A stretch of DNA of 64,000 nucleotides. It comes from Octopus sinensis (Eukaryota). The position numbers were made by a program, and so were the translations under genes. How positions within the stretch are numbered: position 1 is the stretch's first letter; each line of letters begins with the position of its first letter. The notes beneath the pieces are model-generated. The model was not told where the DNA came from, searched no databases, and was given only the letters and a program-made list of their open reading frames with translations. Of this stretch, positions 12,946-25,749 are shown piece by piece. The stretch covers positions 30,128-94,127 of the forward strand of contig NW_021832863.1 of the NCBI RefSeq assembly GCF_006345805.1. Reading direction: 5' to 3'.

Positions 12946-12988
12946 ATAAATATATCCGCAAGCACAACATGCCTATATATATATATAA

Positions 12989-13031
<43 letters not shown>

Positions 13032-13092
13032 GGTTATATATATATATATGGTTATATATATATAGGCATGTTGTGCTTGCGGATATATTTAT
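12946..13092. repeat. Near-perfect foldback hairpin around a (TA)n array
   Basis: ataaatatatccgcaagcacaacatgcc(ta)n-acc-at mirrored by at-ggt-(ta)n-ggcatgttgtgcttgcggatatatttat. Confidence 0.92.
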
Positions 13093-13280
13093 ATATATAT
13101 ATAAACACATACATATATATATATATAGAAACATATACATATATATGTATATATATATAGAAACATATATATGTATATATATATAGAGAAACATATACAT
13201 ATATATGTATATATATATAGAAACATATATATGTATATATATATAGAGAGAAACATATATATGTATATATATAGAGAGAA

Positions 13281-13330
<50 letters not shown>

Positions 13331-13634
13331 ACGGGAAGCTTTATGAAAATAAACAAAAGACGAAGGCAGGTGGAAAACAAACGAACAATTGTATTAGTAT
13401 GGCGCTCAGGAAATATAAATAAAACAAGTCTTTAACGTTTCGAGCCTACGCTCTTCAACAGAAAGATACACAGAGAGAGAAAAACACAGAAGGAGAGAAA
13501 AAAAATGCGTGCAGTAGCTAACGAATCAACATGGCGATCTGATTTCGGCCAGAGGTCAAAGATCAAACATGAGATGCGAGAGCGAAATAAGGGGAGATAT
13601 AAGAGAAAATAAAAATACAACAAACGGGACAGTT
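13331..13634 (-). mobile_element. Short PLE pLTR-like unit with minimal hammerhead-like motif, flanked by (TA)n
   Basis: Minus strand tcttt-ctgttga-a-gagc(gtag)gctc-gaaa-cgtt-aaaga at 13428-13466; stem I tcttt/aaaga. Confidence 0.7.
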
Positions 13635-14174
13635 TATATATATATATATATAAACATATATATATGTGTATGTCTGTATGTATATACTTACATATGCATA
13701 GATGTATATATATATGCATATATATGTGTGTGTATGTATATATATGTCAATATCAATATATCTACACACACACCTTCTCAATTATTCTCTTCTCAAGTTA
13801 AAACTGCCAACGAAACGGATCTCTTTCAACACCTTTAGCAATAATTCTTTCATTCCTCTCTCTACTCTCTATTTATCGCCATCTCTGCCAATATACACGT
13901 AGAAATATATCAAGGAAACCTTATCTGAGTAATTTAAAACTTCATTTCTCTGTCACATCGTCCTGTGTTCTGTTTATACTATGGTGCGGTGGTGAAGCAC
14001 GCTCAACTATTTGCTAACAGAGTTTCGTGTTGTTTAAAACATTTCCAGTGAAACAATAGAATTGTCTGTCTGCTGACACCAGTACCGGAGTAAGAAAGCC
14101 AGGTTCGATTCCAGGTCAAAGAAAAAGACAATCAGCTAGCATTCCGGGACGTATTAATAACACGCACCAAGTAT

Positions 14175-14750
14175 GGATTCAGGACGTCCGTGTACTGCAA
14201 GCCGACCATCACTGGACGATACCCCAACTTCAACTCCCACTATCCATACAGTGTAAAGAGAGGGATTGCTCAGTGTCTAAAACATCGAGTAGTGAATATA
14301 AGTAGCGATCGTAATACCCATCACGAAGAAATGGTCACGTTCAATAACAATCTATTAAGCAACAACTACCCCCAAAACATACTATCTACTCTAATTATGA
14401 AGAAAAGAGGGGATGAAACCAATAAAATGTCCACAGTCTGTCTACCTATGTGAAAGGCCTCTCCGAAAAGATACAAAAGATATGCGGCCCATATGACATC
14501 AGGACAGTATTCAAAAGTGATACAAAACTTCGCAAATATCTCCTTCGAGTAAAACCACCAATAGAAAAGAATATGACTAAGAACTGCGCGTACACCAGCC
14601 CATGGAGCTGTGGTAGGTTATACTAAGGTGAAACATGCCACCCCCTCAAAATAAGAGTAGAGGAACACCGCAAAGCTGTGACACAGGGAGATATTGATAA
14701 ATCGGGTATAACTGATCATGTATGGAAAAATGGAGACCACCTCTCCCTTC
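14175..14750 (+). mobile_element. Penelope-like retroelement fragment (RT thumb plus GIY-YIG endonuclease)
   Basis: FRTSVYCKPTITGRYPNFNSHYPYSVKRG (cf. VYRKPTHTxRYLxFxSHHP), then VCLPYVKGLSEKIQKI... GRLY*GETCHPLKIRVEEH... KSGITDHVW. Frameshift and stop present. Confidence 0.9.
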
Positions 14751-15078
14751 TATTATGAGACCCATAATAGAAAAGAACATTCAATTTGTTACCATTTAAA
14801 CTTCTTAGTATATGAAATTGTATGAATACATCTTCGTAGCTGAAATTTTGACAAGTGCTACCACTTGGAAAGGCGGAGTCCATTATTGTATCTCCCTGGG
14901 AGATGGAAAACACGTCGAGTAAGGTCACGAAAAAGCACCCCTGAACATGTCATAAGGCCTTAACCCATGTGATATTTTGTGTGATCTGTTATTTTTAGCT
15001 CCAGAGCAAATAAATAAATAAATAAATAATTATCAGTCAATAAATAATTATCAGTCAATGTCCGCAATAGCCACTGCA

Positions 15079-15408
15079 AAAGTTACTGAGAGAAAAAAAT
15101 AATTAATTTCCAGTAATTATATAAATTAGCATGTTATGTTGAATTGTTTTTTTAAACTTGAGAATAAAATTATATTTTAGGTTCTATTTTAGTTTATTTT
15201 TTTATGTGTGTAGTTTTATGAAGCTCAACTTGAACCATCTTCTAACTGGGAGGTAAAAAAATCCGAGTTAATTAATTTCCCCGGGCAAAATGAAAATTAA
15301 AGACTGTCAGCATATTTTTAAAGTAATTTGTCCTAAATATAGTGAATTAATGTAATTATGCTTATTTTCGATATTAATAAAATCAAAGTTGGGTATGTCT
15401 GTTCGCTT
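15079..15408 (+). repeat. Copy 1 of a ~330-bp AT-rich direct duplication
   Basis: Colinear with 16366-16700, roughly 85-90% identical by eye. Confidence 0.9.
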
Positions 15409-15540
15409 CTGTATAAGGATATCTTTTTTTTTAATGTGCTGTAATATTTGACGTAGTATTTCTCTTATTTCTAGCAGGTCGAGAAATTGTATAGATGCTC
15501 CCTCACTTGTTTTTTTTTATGTAGTTTCTTACAGTGTTCT

Positions 15541-15935
15541 ATTTCTTTAATGCCCACAAGGGGCTAAACACAGAGAGAACAAACAAGGACAGAGAAACGG
15601 ATTAAGCCGATTATATCGACTCCAGTGTGTAACTGGTACTTAATTTATCGACCCCGAAAGGATGAAAGGCAAAGTCGATCTCGGCGGAATTTGAACTCAG
15701 AACGTAACGGCAGAAGAAATACCTATTTCTTTACTGCCCACAAGGGGCTAAACACAGAGAGGACAAACAAGGACAGACATAGGTATTAAGTCGATTATAT
15801 CGACCCCAGGCCGTAACTGGTACTTAATTTATTGACCCCGAAAGGATGAAAGGCCAAGTCGACCTCGGCGGAATTTGAACTCAGAACGTAACGGCAGACG
15901 AAATACGGCAACGCATTTCGCCCGGCGTGCTAACG
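15541..15935 (-). mobile_element. SINE family B, two tandem units
   Basis: Junction gaaatacctatttctttac at about 15716-15735. Confidence 0.9.
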
Positions 15936-16124
15936 TGCTGCAAATATTAATATAGTTATTAACTTCCCAATCTCCATTTTCTTCTTTTAAACGAATATAA
16001 AATATATTCTTTTATAAATACCTATTATTTTAAGGAAATTCATTTCCCTCAGATATTAGGTATTGAACCAACATTTCCTTGGTTGAAACCATCCCTTCCT
16101 GAGGTTAACACAACCTCTAATTAA

Positions 16125-16322
<198 letters not shown>

Positions 16323-16365
16323 ATATCTTATCTATATATTTAGGGGTTTCACACACATTCTGTCT

Positions 16366-16700
16366 AAAGTTACTGAGAGAAAAAATAATTAATCTTCAAT
16401 AATTATATAAATTAGCATGATATTTTGGATTGTCTTTTTAAACTTGAGAATAAAATTATATTTTAGGTTCTATTTTATTTTATTTTTTTTTATGTGTGTA
16501 TTTTTATGAAGCTCAACTTGAACTATCTTCTGACTGTGAAGTAAAAAAATCCGAGTTAATTAATTTCCCCGGGCAAAATCAAAATGAATGATTGTCAGCA
16601 TATTTTTAAAGTAATTTATCCTAAATATAGGGAATTCATGTAATTCTGCTTATTTTCGATATTAATAAAATCAAACAAAGTTGGGTATGGCTGTTCGCTT
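16366..16700 (+). repeat. Copy 2 of the ~330-bp direct duplication
   Basis: Colinear with 15079-15408. Confidence 0.9.
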
Positions 16701-16704
16701 GGGT

Positions 16705-16895
16705 ATGTAACCGCACGTGCAATGTTGGCGTTTTTTCCTTAGTTTTCCTTCTTTCTCTTTGGACTTTCCTGTTTCCGATGAAGAGCTATGCTCGAAACGT
16801 TAACAACTCCTTCCATTCACCGAGCGTCAAACTAATATATTTCATTTCATGTGCACGTCCTCGCGTTCATTTTCTTCTTTTTCCTCTGTTTATGT
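16705..16895 (+). mobile_element. PLE pLTR-like unit with hammerhead-like motif
   Basis: ccgatga-a-gagc(tat)gctc-gaaa-cgtt at 16775-16802. Downstream gagcgtcaaactaata and cacgtcctcgcgtt match 10573-10766 and 4157-4213. Confidence 0.65.
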
Positions 16896-17610
16896 ACACA
16901 CACACACACACACACACACACATAGGGATTTCACACATTTTCCGTCTAACAAATTTGCTGCATTTGGAAACAATCAGTTCTGCTGTCGCTAACGTGATTA
17001 TTGTTACTGAACGAACAGAAACAAAAAGATGTATATAATGTGATCATCCTGCCATTCCCTTTAGGGATTGTATATCTAGGGGCTACTTTCTCTGATATGG
17101 CCATCCATTTTTTGTTTAACGATGGCTGGTTGTAAAAGTGAGGGAGAATTCAGTATTAGTTACACCAGGTCGGGCAATAATAGAAACTCCCTCCATTGTT
17201 GTTTAGTTTCGTGGATTATTGATGTTTCTCTAGTTTAGAGTCCAGGTTATACAGGTTATGCAGACCTGTCATCAAATTCGTTCCAGTGACAACACCACTA
17301 TTCTTGTTTTCGAAATAAAAAAGGGCTTACATTATGCAATGTTTCGTGTACTTTCTACAGACGTTTCGATGCGGATTGCGGAAGATTTGGTTGCCATTTC
17401 TACAAAGTCGTGCATTTTGTCAGAAGTTTAGTTGCCGGAAGTCGAGTAAAATTTTGGCAAATCTTTTATACAGTACTGTGTTGTTAGTATATGTGTGATG
17501 CGCTTCTAAAAAAAGTGGAGGGTGGGAAAGTTAGTCCACCCAGGGAGGAAATTAAACGAGTTAAAGGCAAATTACTGGTATCAAATTATTTTAAAATTAG
17601 TTCTCTTTTA

Positions 17611-17832
17611 ATCTTTTACTCTTTTACTTGTTTCAGTCATTTGACTGAGGGCATGCTGGAGCAACACCTTTAGCCGAGCAAATCGACTCCAGAACTTATT
17701 CTTTGTAAGCATAGTACTTATTCTATCGGTCTCTTTTGCCAAACCGCACCAGTATTTGTTGTAAACACACCAGCATCGTTTGTCAAGCAATGCTAGGGGG
17801 ACAAACACAGACACACAAACATATACACACAC
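17611..17832 (-). mobile_element. SINE family A, 3' half (split by PLE insertion)
   Basis: Tail tcttttactcttttacttgtttcagtcatttgac through to the internal CA/TA microsatellite. Confidence 0.88.
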
Positions 17833-17834
17833 TT

Positions 17835-17865
<31 letters not shown>

Positions 17866-18021
17866 GTGAAATAGAAAGATGAATAATCTTGTAGTAGATT
17901 AATCAAAAGTTTAACCGATACCTTAGTAGCAAAAATCACAGCAGTGAACAGCACGGTTGGAGTACAAACCCTGGCGTTGCAACCGTGCGTTGGTGCGGAT
18001 AATTGAAATTAAAACATTATT

Positions 18022-19868
18022 GGTGAATTGAAGAAATGGGCTGAACGCAGATTGAACAGAAATCGTTTTATTTCATTCTACACGTGTTTCGAAAGGCACA
18101 AATTACCAAATCCGATTGAATAATGGGACCATATTGTGTCTTTCTCTTCAGGAGAAAAAAGGAAATCCGTTGGAAAAACAAAAACAGAACAGAGGCAGAG
18201 CAAAAAACAAATCGAACTGTGCTCCTAAGAGCCCATGGCGAAACTGTTTATCAGTGTATGTGAGAACCGGTGGCTGAAGAATTCAACAGGTCAGGCATCG
18301 GTCAATCATGTGGGTGAGGGGTATAGATGTTCTTTGTGACCGAGAATAAAGTTCTGACTATTTAAAGAATATGGATGTTTTATAAGGGGCGAGAAAAAAT
18401 CTACTTAGAGACGTGTGTGTGTGTATACTGTTCTATATATGTGTGTGTTGGCGTAGGGGTAGAAAACATTTTTTGTGTACGTGTGTGCGTTTGATCGTTC
18501 GGCTGTCAGTGGCTACTGCCGTGATAACCGTTGGGTGGCAGAAAAAAAAAATAAAGAATTATATATTATATTATGTTTTATGTGTGTGTGGTGTGTGTTC
18601 ATCTGAGCCTGCCTTGACAAGGAAACCCCCGCTGTGAAAAACAAGCCCCGTTTGTCTTACAGGAGTAATTTCCCTTGCAGTGGTTAATTGTAGATATCTT
18701 AAAATCTATTTCAGAATTTGTTACCAAGGGCTATGGGTGCCGGTCTTATTTATAAACGCTATTTAAAGGCCAGATAAGTGTAACGCCGCCAATGGGGGCA
18801 TCGAAAAGCCGACTGTAAGAGCCCGTTTACCATCCGGCCTCTGGCAAACAAATATGGAAGAGTTCGGAGACACAAAGGTTGCACTGTCTTCTGCCCCTAT
18901 CAAATGGGAGGGCCACCGACAAAATTGACCATTCCAGCCTATAGCTTAAGTTCGCATCCTTCAGTCGCCATATTAGCTTACTGAGTCCCGTGGTCTGGCG
19001 CTTGTTCACGTCCCGAAAAGTTGCGTAATGGTTGGAGACACGCAAAGACAATCTTGAGGATGATGCCCCTATATAAGTGAAGGCATCTGAGTCCGTGTAA
19101 ACCTTGCATTGGTAGACGGCGTTTTTGATCTTGGAGTTCGCTGACGTGAATCTTACTCTGCTAGGATTGGTTTCTGAAATTAGAACTGCGTTCCTGTCAC
19201 TATATTCGTTCCGAGACCTGCAGCCGCTTACTACTCTATTTTCCACTACGTCACTATTAACTATAGGAATAACCCCTGATTCTCCACTACTATCAGAGTG
19301 CTGTCATTGCTACTGCCCGTGGTACTGCTATTGCGGGAAATGATGCTGGGATGCTAAAGGGGCTCTCTACCCTACTCTCCCATTGTTCCATCAACACACA
19401 ACACCCCTATTTATAACTATACCCCTAGTGGGTACTCCCTGGCTGGAGCTGAGATTATGTGTCACTGTACTGGCTCTCATATCATTATTACTACTATAAT
19501 TATTCCTACTGAGCATTAAACCGGGCGGAAAGAGGCTGTGCCTCCGGAAAAAGGTGTGATAGGGTCTTAGTAAGTAGCCTATTATTATGGGAGGCGATTA
19601 TCTGGGCGAGGTTTTTAGTGTTGGAGAAAGCTATCCTAACTTTATGTGAGTTAACCGTGGAGTAATATTGGAATTTCTGGGGAGTTATTGGCGATTGCTT
19701 GTCTAAACATGAGGGGGGTTAGTTCTAATCTGCTACCAAAGGGGATTACAAACCATATATGCTTATTCCTATCAGTGTGATGGGTCGGGACGCCACTCTC
19801 GCATTTGGGTGGGTGATTCTCGGATGAATAACGGGTCTTGGGTTAGTGTAAGACCTCCCGGACCGATT
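18022..19868 (-). mobile_element. 5'-truncated Penelope-like element (Naiad/Neptune-type GIY-YIG endonuclease)
   Basis: Minus strand: KHIWFVIPF...VNSHKVRIAFSNTKNLAQIIASHNNRLL (cf. IIWFNPP...NTVKxSYSCxxNxxxIIxxHN), then NAVYQCKV..TYIGAS..RVSNH..TGLSKLIWRLK..EWSIL..CNLC..E (ORF 18827-19246), ending CPH. 3' UTR with hammerhead. Confidence 0.9.
18072..18157 (-). ncRNA. Type I hammerhead ribozyme motif (left arm)
   Basis: CUGAAGA (18151-18145), stem II GAAAGACACAA/UUGUGCCUUUC (10 of 11 pairs), GAAA, CACGUG, predicted GUA cleavage site, then GAAUGAA. Confidence 0.8.
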
Positions 19869-21246
19869 TGTGGTTGATGGTAACAATGGAGTAGGGTAGA
19901 GGAGCCCTTTAGCATCCCCAGCATCATTTCCCGCAATAGCAGTACCACGGGCAGTAGCATGACAGCACTCTGATAGATAGTGGAGAATCAGGGGTTATTC
20001 CTATAGTTAATATGACGTAGTGGAAAATAGAGTAGTAAGCGGCTGCAGGTCTCGAACGAATATAGTGACGGAACGCAGTTCTAATTTCAGAAACCAATCC
20101 TAGCAGAGTAAGATTCACGTCAGCGAACTCCAAGATCAAAAACGCCCGTCTACCAATGCAAGGTTTACACGGACTCAGATGCCTTCACTTATATAGGGGC
20201 ATCATCCTCAAGATTGTCTTTGCGTGTCTCCAACCATTACGCAACTTTTTTCGGGACGTGAACAAGCGCCAGACCACGGGACTCAGTAAGCTAATATGGC
20301 GACTGAAGGATGCGAACTTAAGCTATAGGCTGGAATGGTCAATTTTGTCGGTGGCCCTCCCATTTGATAGGGGCAGAAGACAGTGCAACCTTTGTGTCTC
20401 CGAACTCTTCCATATTTTGTTTGCCAGAGGCCGGATGGTAAACGGGCTCTTACAGTCGGCTTTTCGATGCCCCCATTGGCGGCGTTACACTTATCTGGCC
20501 TTAAATAGCGTTTATAATAAGACCGGCACCCATAGCCTTGGTAACAAATTCTGAAATAGATTTTAAGATATCTACAATTAACCACTGCAAGGGAAATTAC
20601 TCCTGTAAGACAAACGGGGCTTGTTTTTTCACAGCGGGGGTTTCCTTGTCAAGGCAGGCTCAGATGAACACACACACACACACAAAAACATAATATATAT
20701 ATATAATTTCTTTATTTTTTTCTTTCTGCCACCCAACGGTTATCACGGCAGTAGCCATGACAGCCGAACGATCAAACGCACACACGTACACAAAAAATGT
20801 TTTCTACCCCTACGCCAACACACACATATATAGAACAGTATACACACACACACGTCTCTAAGTAGATTTTTTCTCGCCCCTTATAAAACATCCAATATTT
20901 TAAATAGTCAGAACTTTATTCTCGGTCACAAAGAACATCTACACCCTCACCCACATGATTGACCGATGCCTGACCTGTTGAATTCTTCAGCCACCGGTTC
21001 TCAACATACACTGATAAACAGTTCGTCGCCATGGGCTCTTAGGAGCACAGTTCGATTTGTTTTTTGCTCTGCCTCTGTTCTGTTTTTGTTTTTCAACGGA
21101 TTTCCTTTTTTCTTCCTGAAGAGAAAGACACAATATGGTCCCATTATTCAATCGGATTTTGGTAATTTGTGCCTTTCGAAACACGTGTAGAATGAAATAA
21201 AACGATTTCTGTTCAATCTGCGTTCAGCTCCATTCTTTAATTCACC
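19869..21246 (+). mobile_element. Inverted copy of the 3' 1.38 kb of the same PLE
   Basis: Reverse complement of 18022-19398, differing mainly by 1-nt indels. ORF 20156-20554 carries the endonuclease C-terminal half. Confidence 0.92.
21110..21196 (+). ncRNA. Type I hammerhead ribozyme motif (right arm)
   Basis: uucuuc-CUGAAGA(21116-21122)-stem II(21123-21133/21167-21177)-GAAA-CACGUG-UA(21189)-gaaugaa. Stem I is uucuuc/gaaugaa with one bulge. Confidence 0.85.
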
Positions 21247-21291
21247 TATATATATATATACTATATATATTATATATACATACATATATAT

Positions 21292-21335
<44 letters not shown>

Positions 21336-21343
21336 CATATATA

Positions 21344-21491
21344 CGAGGGACTTCTTTCAGTTTCCGTCTACTCACAAGGCTTTGGTCGGCTAGAGGCTAT
21401 AGCAGAAGACACTTGCCCAAGGTGCCACGCAGTGGGACTGAACTCGGAGCCATCTGGCTGGTAAGCAAGCCACTTACCACACAGCCACTCC
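21344..21491 (-). mobile_element. SINE family A, 5' half (split by PLE insertion)
   Basis: Minus-strand head aggagtggctgtgtggtaagtgg...gacggaaactgaaagaagtccctcg followed by (TA)n. Confidence 0.88.
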
Positions 21492-22136
21492 TAGTTCTGT
21501 TAATTTCTGGTTCAAATATATTTTTGGGTTTTAAGCACAAGGGTAAAAACTTGGAGAACAATGTGTTAGTCAATATTAGCGACCCCAAATTTTTGGTTAG
21601 GTTTAGGGTCAAATCATTCGAAGGAACTGAACAGAGAAAGTTAAAAGCCGAGAAAAATCCTGCAAAACAATTTTGCGACGCTCTAACAATTCTACTAGCA
21701 CGCCTCCTTTTTTGGTTTAAATAATGTACACAAAGAAAACAAAAAACAAAAGCAACAACAACAAAACCGTGTAGCCATTAAGAAAGATGGCTGCTAAAGA
21801 CGAAAGAAGATTGATCGGTTTTAGAATATTTAATGATAATATGTATAAATAATTAGATATTCAGAGTTCTATATTACCAGGCTGAATTGTACAAGATGTT
21901 CCTGTCAAGAAATTCATAAAATATAAAACGATTTTTTGGTTTGTGTTATGGTAGCTGTCGGTGTTCAGCATGTGGTGCATTTATGTCCGTGCTGATCCGG
22001 AGCTTGTTTGAGCTTCGATATCACCACGCGGTTGTTGCAAAAAAATATCTTCATGTACAGAATTAAGTCGCTCAAATCTTTGTGAATGGAATCTTGGAGA
22101 AGGAAACTGTACGGAAACGCTTCAAAAAGTCATAGT

Positions 22137-22437
22137 TTCTGTTCTTTGTTCCTTCTCGAGCCATGCCTGGCCCATAAGGGCCGGTTTCCCCGGTTTCCTT
22201 GGCGTTTAGGTTCCCCACCTGGACGGGACACCGGTCCGTCGCAGGTGCAGGAGGACAGAGTGAGAGAACGTTGTGGCGAAAGAGTCAGCAGAAGTTCGCC
22301 ATTACCTTCTGCCGGAACCGCGTGGAGCTTAGGTGTTTTCGCTCATAAACACACACATCGTCCGGTCTGAGATTCGAACCCGCGATCCCTCGACCGCGAG
22401 TCCGCTGCTCTAACCACTAGGCCATGCGCCTTCACTT
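22137..22437 (-). mobile_element. SINE family C
   Basis: Close homologue of 11824-12130. Confidence 0.9.
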
Positions 22438-23639
22438 TTTCGTTCTTTGGTAGCAAGTTTAATCTGTCGTTAGTCTTAACATTACCATGTGAGTTTCTTC
22501 AGGGCCTTTAGTGGTGTCGGTTTTGAAGCAGGCATTTGAGCAGAATCAGTCATCTATGTATACTTTCCCTCCTTTCCTCCACGAATTTCTAAGGTCCTGA
22601 AAATGTCATGGGTACACCTTTCGTCCTTCTGTTTAAGCCATTAAATTGTCTTTAATTTTGGTACACTGTCAGCAGAACAATGGTACTTAATTTTATATCC
22701 CTCAGAAAAAAGGAAAGTGAAGTTAACCTGACAACGGTTTGACCAATTAATAAAGGAAAATAATGAAATATTTTTGTGTGAAACAAATCCTCAAACAACT
22801 CTGAGTGTTAAGTCATTTAGATTTTATCTTTTAGGCAGATATAAATGTCATAGATTTCAGTTAATTTTTATAACACTGCATATATATTCATAAAAAAATA
22901 CACAAGATGTTATTGCCTTATGATTAAGGAATCCATCTGATGAAATCATATTTGAAAGTTAGTAATAAGACAATGATATAACAATGATGTAACAGTATGC
23001 ATTGAGCCTGAAGATTAGTAATAAAACAATGATATAACAAGCAAGCATTGAGCTTGAAGGTTGGCAATAAGGCAGTGATATGACGATATGGTCGATATTA
23101 AATGATTATAATAGAAGAATTTCGGGTTAGCCTTCTAGGAATATTGAATTAGGAGGGTTTTTGCTTTCTCCGAATTGAATTTGTTTCTCCGAGATAGTTA
23201 CTAGAAGCATTCATACAATAACGGCTCGATTTAATCATGTTTACACGCAGTTTTTGTAACAATTAGCCTTCCTTCTAAAGACCACATTTACTACTATTAT
23301 TGTTGTTTTCAGCTAACACCCCAAAATAATCCATGTGTCAGAGAATAAATAAGTAAATGGAATATGTTTTTAAAGGAGACGGATCATACCTCATGATTGT
23401 TGATTTTACAGGGATTTTTAAATATAGAAAAAAATGAAGGCATCATCACTTATAAACCATTCTCGGGCAGTGGATGCTTTAAGTAGACTTCACCTAAGGT
23501 ATTTAAGGGCCAGGTTTGCGGAGTTTACCACCCAAGTACGGGTACAGTCCACCCGAAGGACTGTCGCAAAGCTTATGTCAGCCCAGCAGCGCTCACAAAG
23601 ATTGGACCAACATTATGTTAGATGAGACTTGTCCAACTT

Positions 23640-24000
23640 GTACTTATTTGTACTTGTACTTGTGACGGCATTCACCGGCTTCTTATCTGAGGAGAAGTTT
23701 TGTGGGAATATTGAATTCACAAGCGGTCCCCAACATATCCCGAGTGACGGGACACCCTGTTTGCCACGGAGTCTCCACAGACGCAGGGACAGAACGACCT
23801 CGAAGCCACCGGTTGCCGATCAGACGCCTCTTGGAATTTTCACCAGAGCCCCGTTGGCCAGGCTGCGGCTCTTATACCGATCGGTGCCAGACCAATCCGC
23901 CTTGGGTGGCCCTACCAGGAACCGAAGTTCTCGATGGCATAGCTCTGACACGGCCCGTTTACACCACCCTGCCGCTTTGAGGAGGGGTTGGACTTTAGGG
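23640..24000 (+). mobile_element. GC-rich island, possibly a LINE (RTE-like) 5' UTR fragment
   Basis: GC-rich versus surroundings; ccctaccagga...ggcatagctct resembles RTE 5' regions from memory only. Confidence 0.25.
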
Positions 24001-25749
24001 TAGCAAACTTGTGGAGATATGTTGTTAAATCTGGAAGCCCATAGCTAGGAAATGAATGTTTTAAAAATACGAAAATTACTGAGTTTAAATTTTACCTTAT
24101 CTGGTCTTATTGTAACTGAATTGACGTTTCACTTCAGCTTAGAATCACGAGTGTCGTTCTCAACTGCGCAATTCCTACGCTATGTGGTTCCTCAATAAAT
24201 TTTGCCAGCCGTTCCAGCCGTTTATTTTCAGTCAAGTACCACTGCATATGATGTTAATAATGATAACATTGATATAAAGAGTCTACAAGCAGATGGGAAA
24301 ATAGGAGGTTTTTTAGAGATATCAGAGGTAACGTGTCTCTAACAAGGTTCGAACTATTAAGTTTTCTTGATAATTGGGTATTCTACTGCCAAACAGTCAG
24401 TCTGTTGACTATTTAGCATTCATTAGTAAATACAAAAACTTCAACACTGAAGACATATCTTCTAAGCCGAATTCCTCGTTTTGCTCGTCAACAAAGCAAA
24501 GATCTGGCAGTTAAAGGAAAGTAAAACCAGAACATAAAATTTCCAGTAATCGCCTATTTTTTTATGTCTTGATATTGCAATATAAAGTCTTCGCAATTTT
24601 CTCTGTATTTAAAATTTTGTACAATAGGGTTATATTGTGAGACATTTCCTTAAACCAGAATGAAGTACATAACAGAGTAAAGCCAAACGGAAACAGAGGA
24701 AAACCTAATCGATCAACGTGAATAGGAAGCAAAGTAAGTCTGGCAATAAATACTACTTATACAGAGGAAATTAAATATTTCACATTCTTTTTATCGCTTA
24801 GACAGCGGACTATTGCTTGTGACTATTTCTTGTGAGAAACAAACCACAGAAAGAAGACAAAAAAAAAAAAAATCAAAATCAAGTAAGTTAACTCAAAACA
24901 ACAAATCTACTACTATAGCGATTATAAATGATTGAAAGTCACTATAAAATATTTTAGAGCAGACAATGTAATCTCAACAATTTAACAATATTTTGTAGAC
25001 GACCAGAAGAGATCGTGGCTGAAAATATAGTAAATATTTATAGAAACTGGACTAATTCAGACACTATTTTGTTTTCGTTTTAGCAGCAACTATTCTGGCT
25101 TTCATTCCGTGTATGATCAAATCTGCATTAAAATAATTTTGCCGCTATATTTGAATAAATGGCAAGGACCATTTAACTCATAAAAATGGCATGGCTTTTA
25201 ATAATGCACAAATATGATAATAGATTTAACTAATTGCTTCTCTCTGAGCATTAATCAATTAATTTTGTCAAATACTATCTCTTGAAGTAGTCGGACGATT
25301 TTAATTCGATTACAACTTTGAATTACAAATGTACCGTTGGCACATGTACCGTAAGGTTACAATCCAATTTTGGCATTCAGTGGTGTTCCTGGCAAAAACA
25401 CTTAACATTTCTTATTTAATAACCCTGCCTAATTAGAAAGTAAGTGGCTACTTCAACGAGACGTTAACTTACGATAATGTTAGTATCTTTTACGGTGCAG
25501 ATTTGGTTTTAATTTTACAGAATATTGACAAAAATAGTGGGTGGTTAAAGAAGAAACTAAAGGCTAATGTAAGTTTGCTCCAATTAATTAGATTTAATCG
25601 CTTCTTCACGAGTAGGGCGTAATAAAAGAAATGGAAATATAACAGCTAATTCAATCTATGATAATACATAATTTGGAGTTTATAGTTTACTTCGAAAATC
25701 GAATAAGGCTGTAGCAATGGATAAAATCTTAAATATCCATTACTATAGA

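Noticed and set aside
13780-13930. PLE RT-thumb remnant (TDLFQHL-SNNSF-P)
   Set aside because: Needs several frameshifts to align; insufficient support.
18640-19600. Selenocysteine TGA or SECIS as in some Naiad PLEs
   Set aside because: The TGAs fall in the frameshifted linker and differ between arms; no SECIS-like fold was seen.
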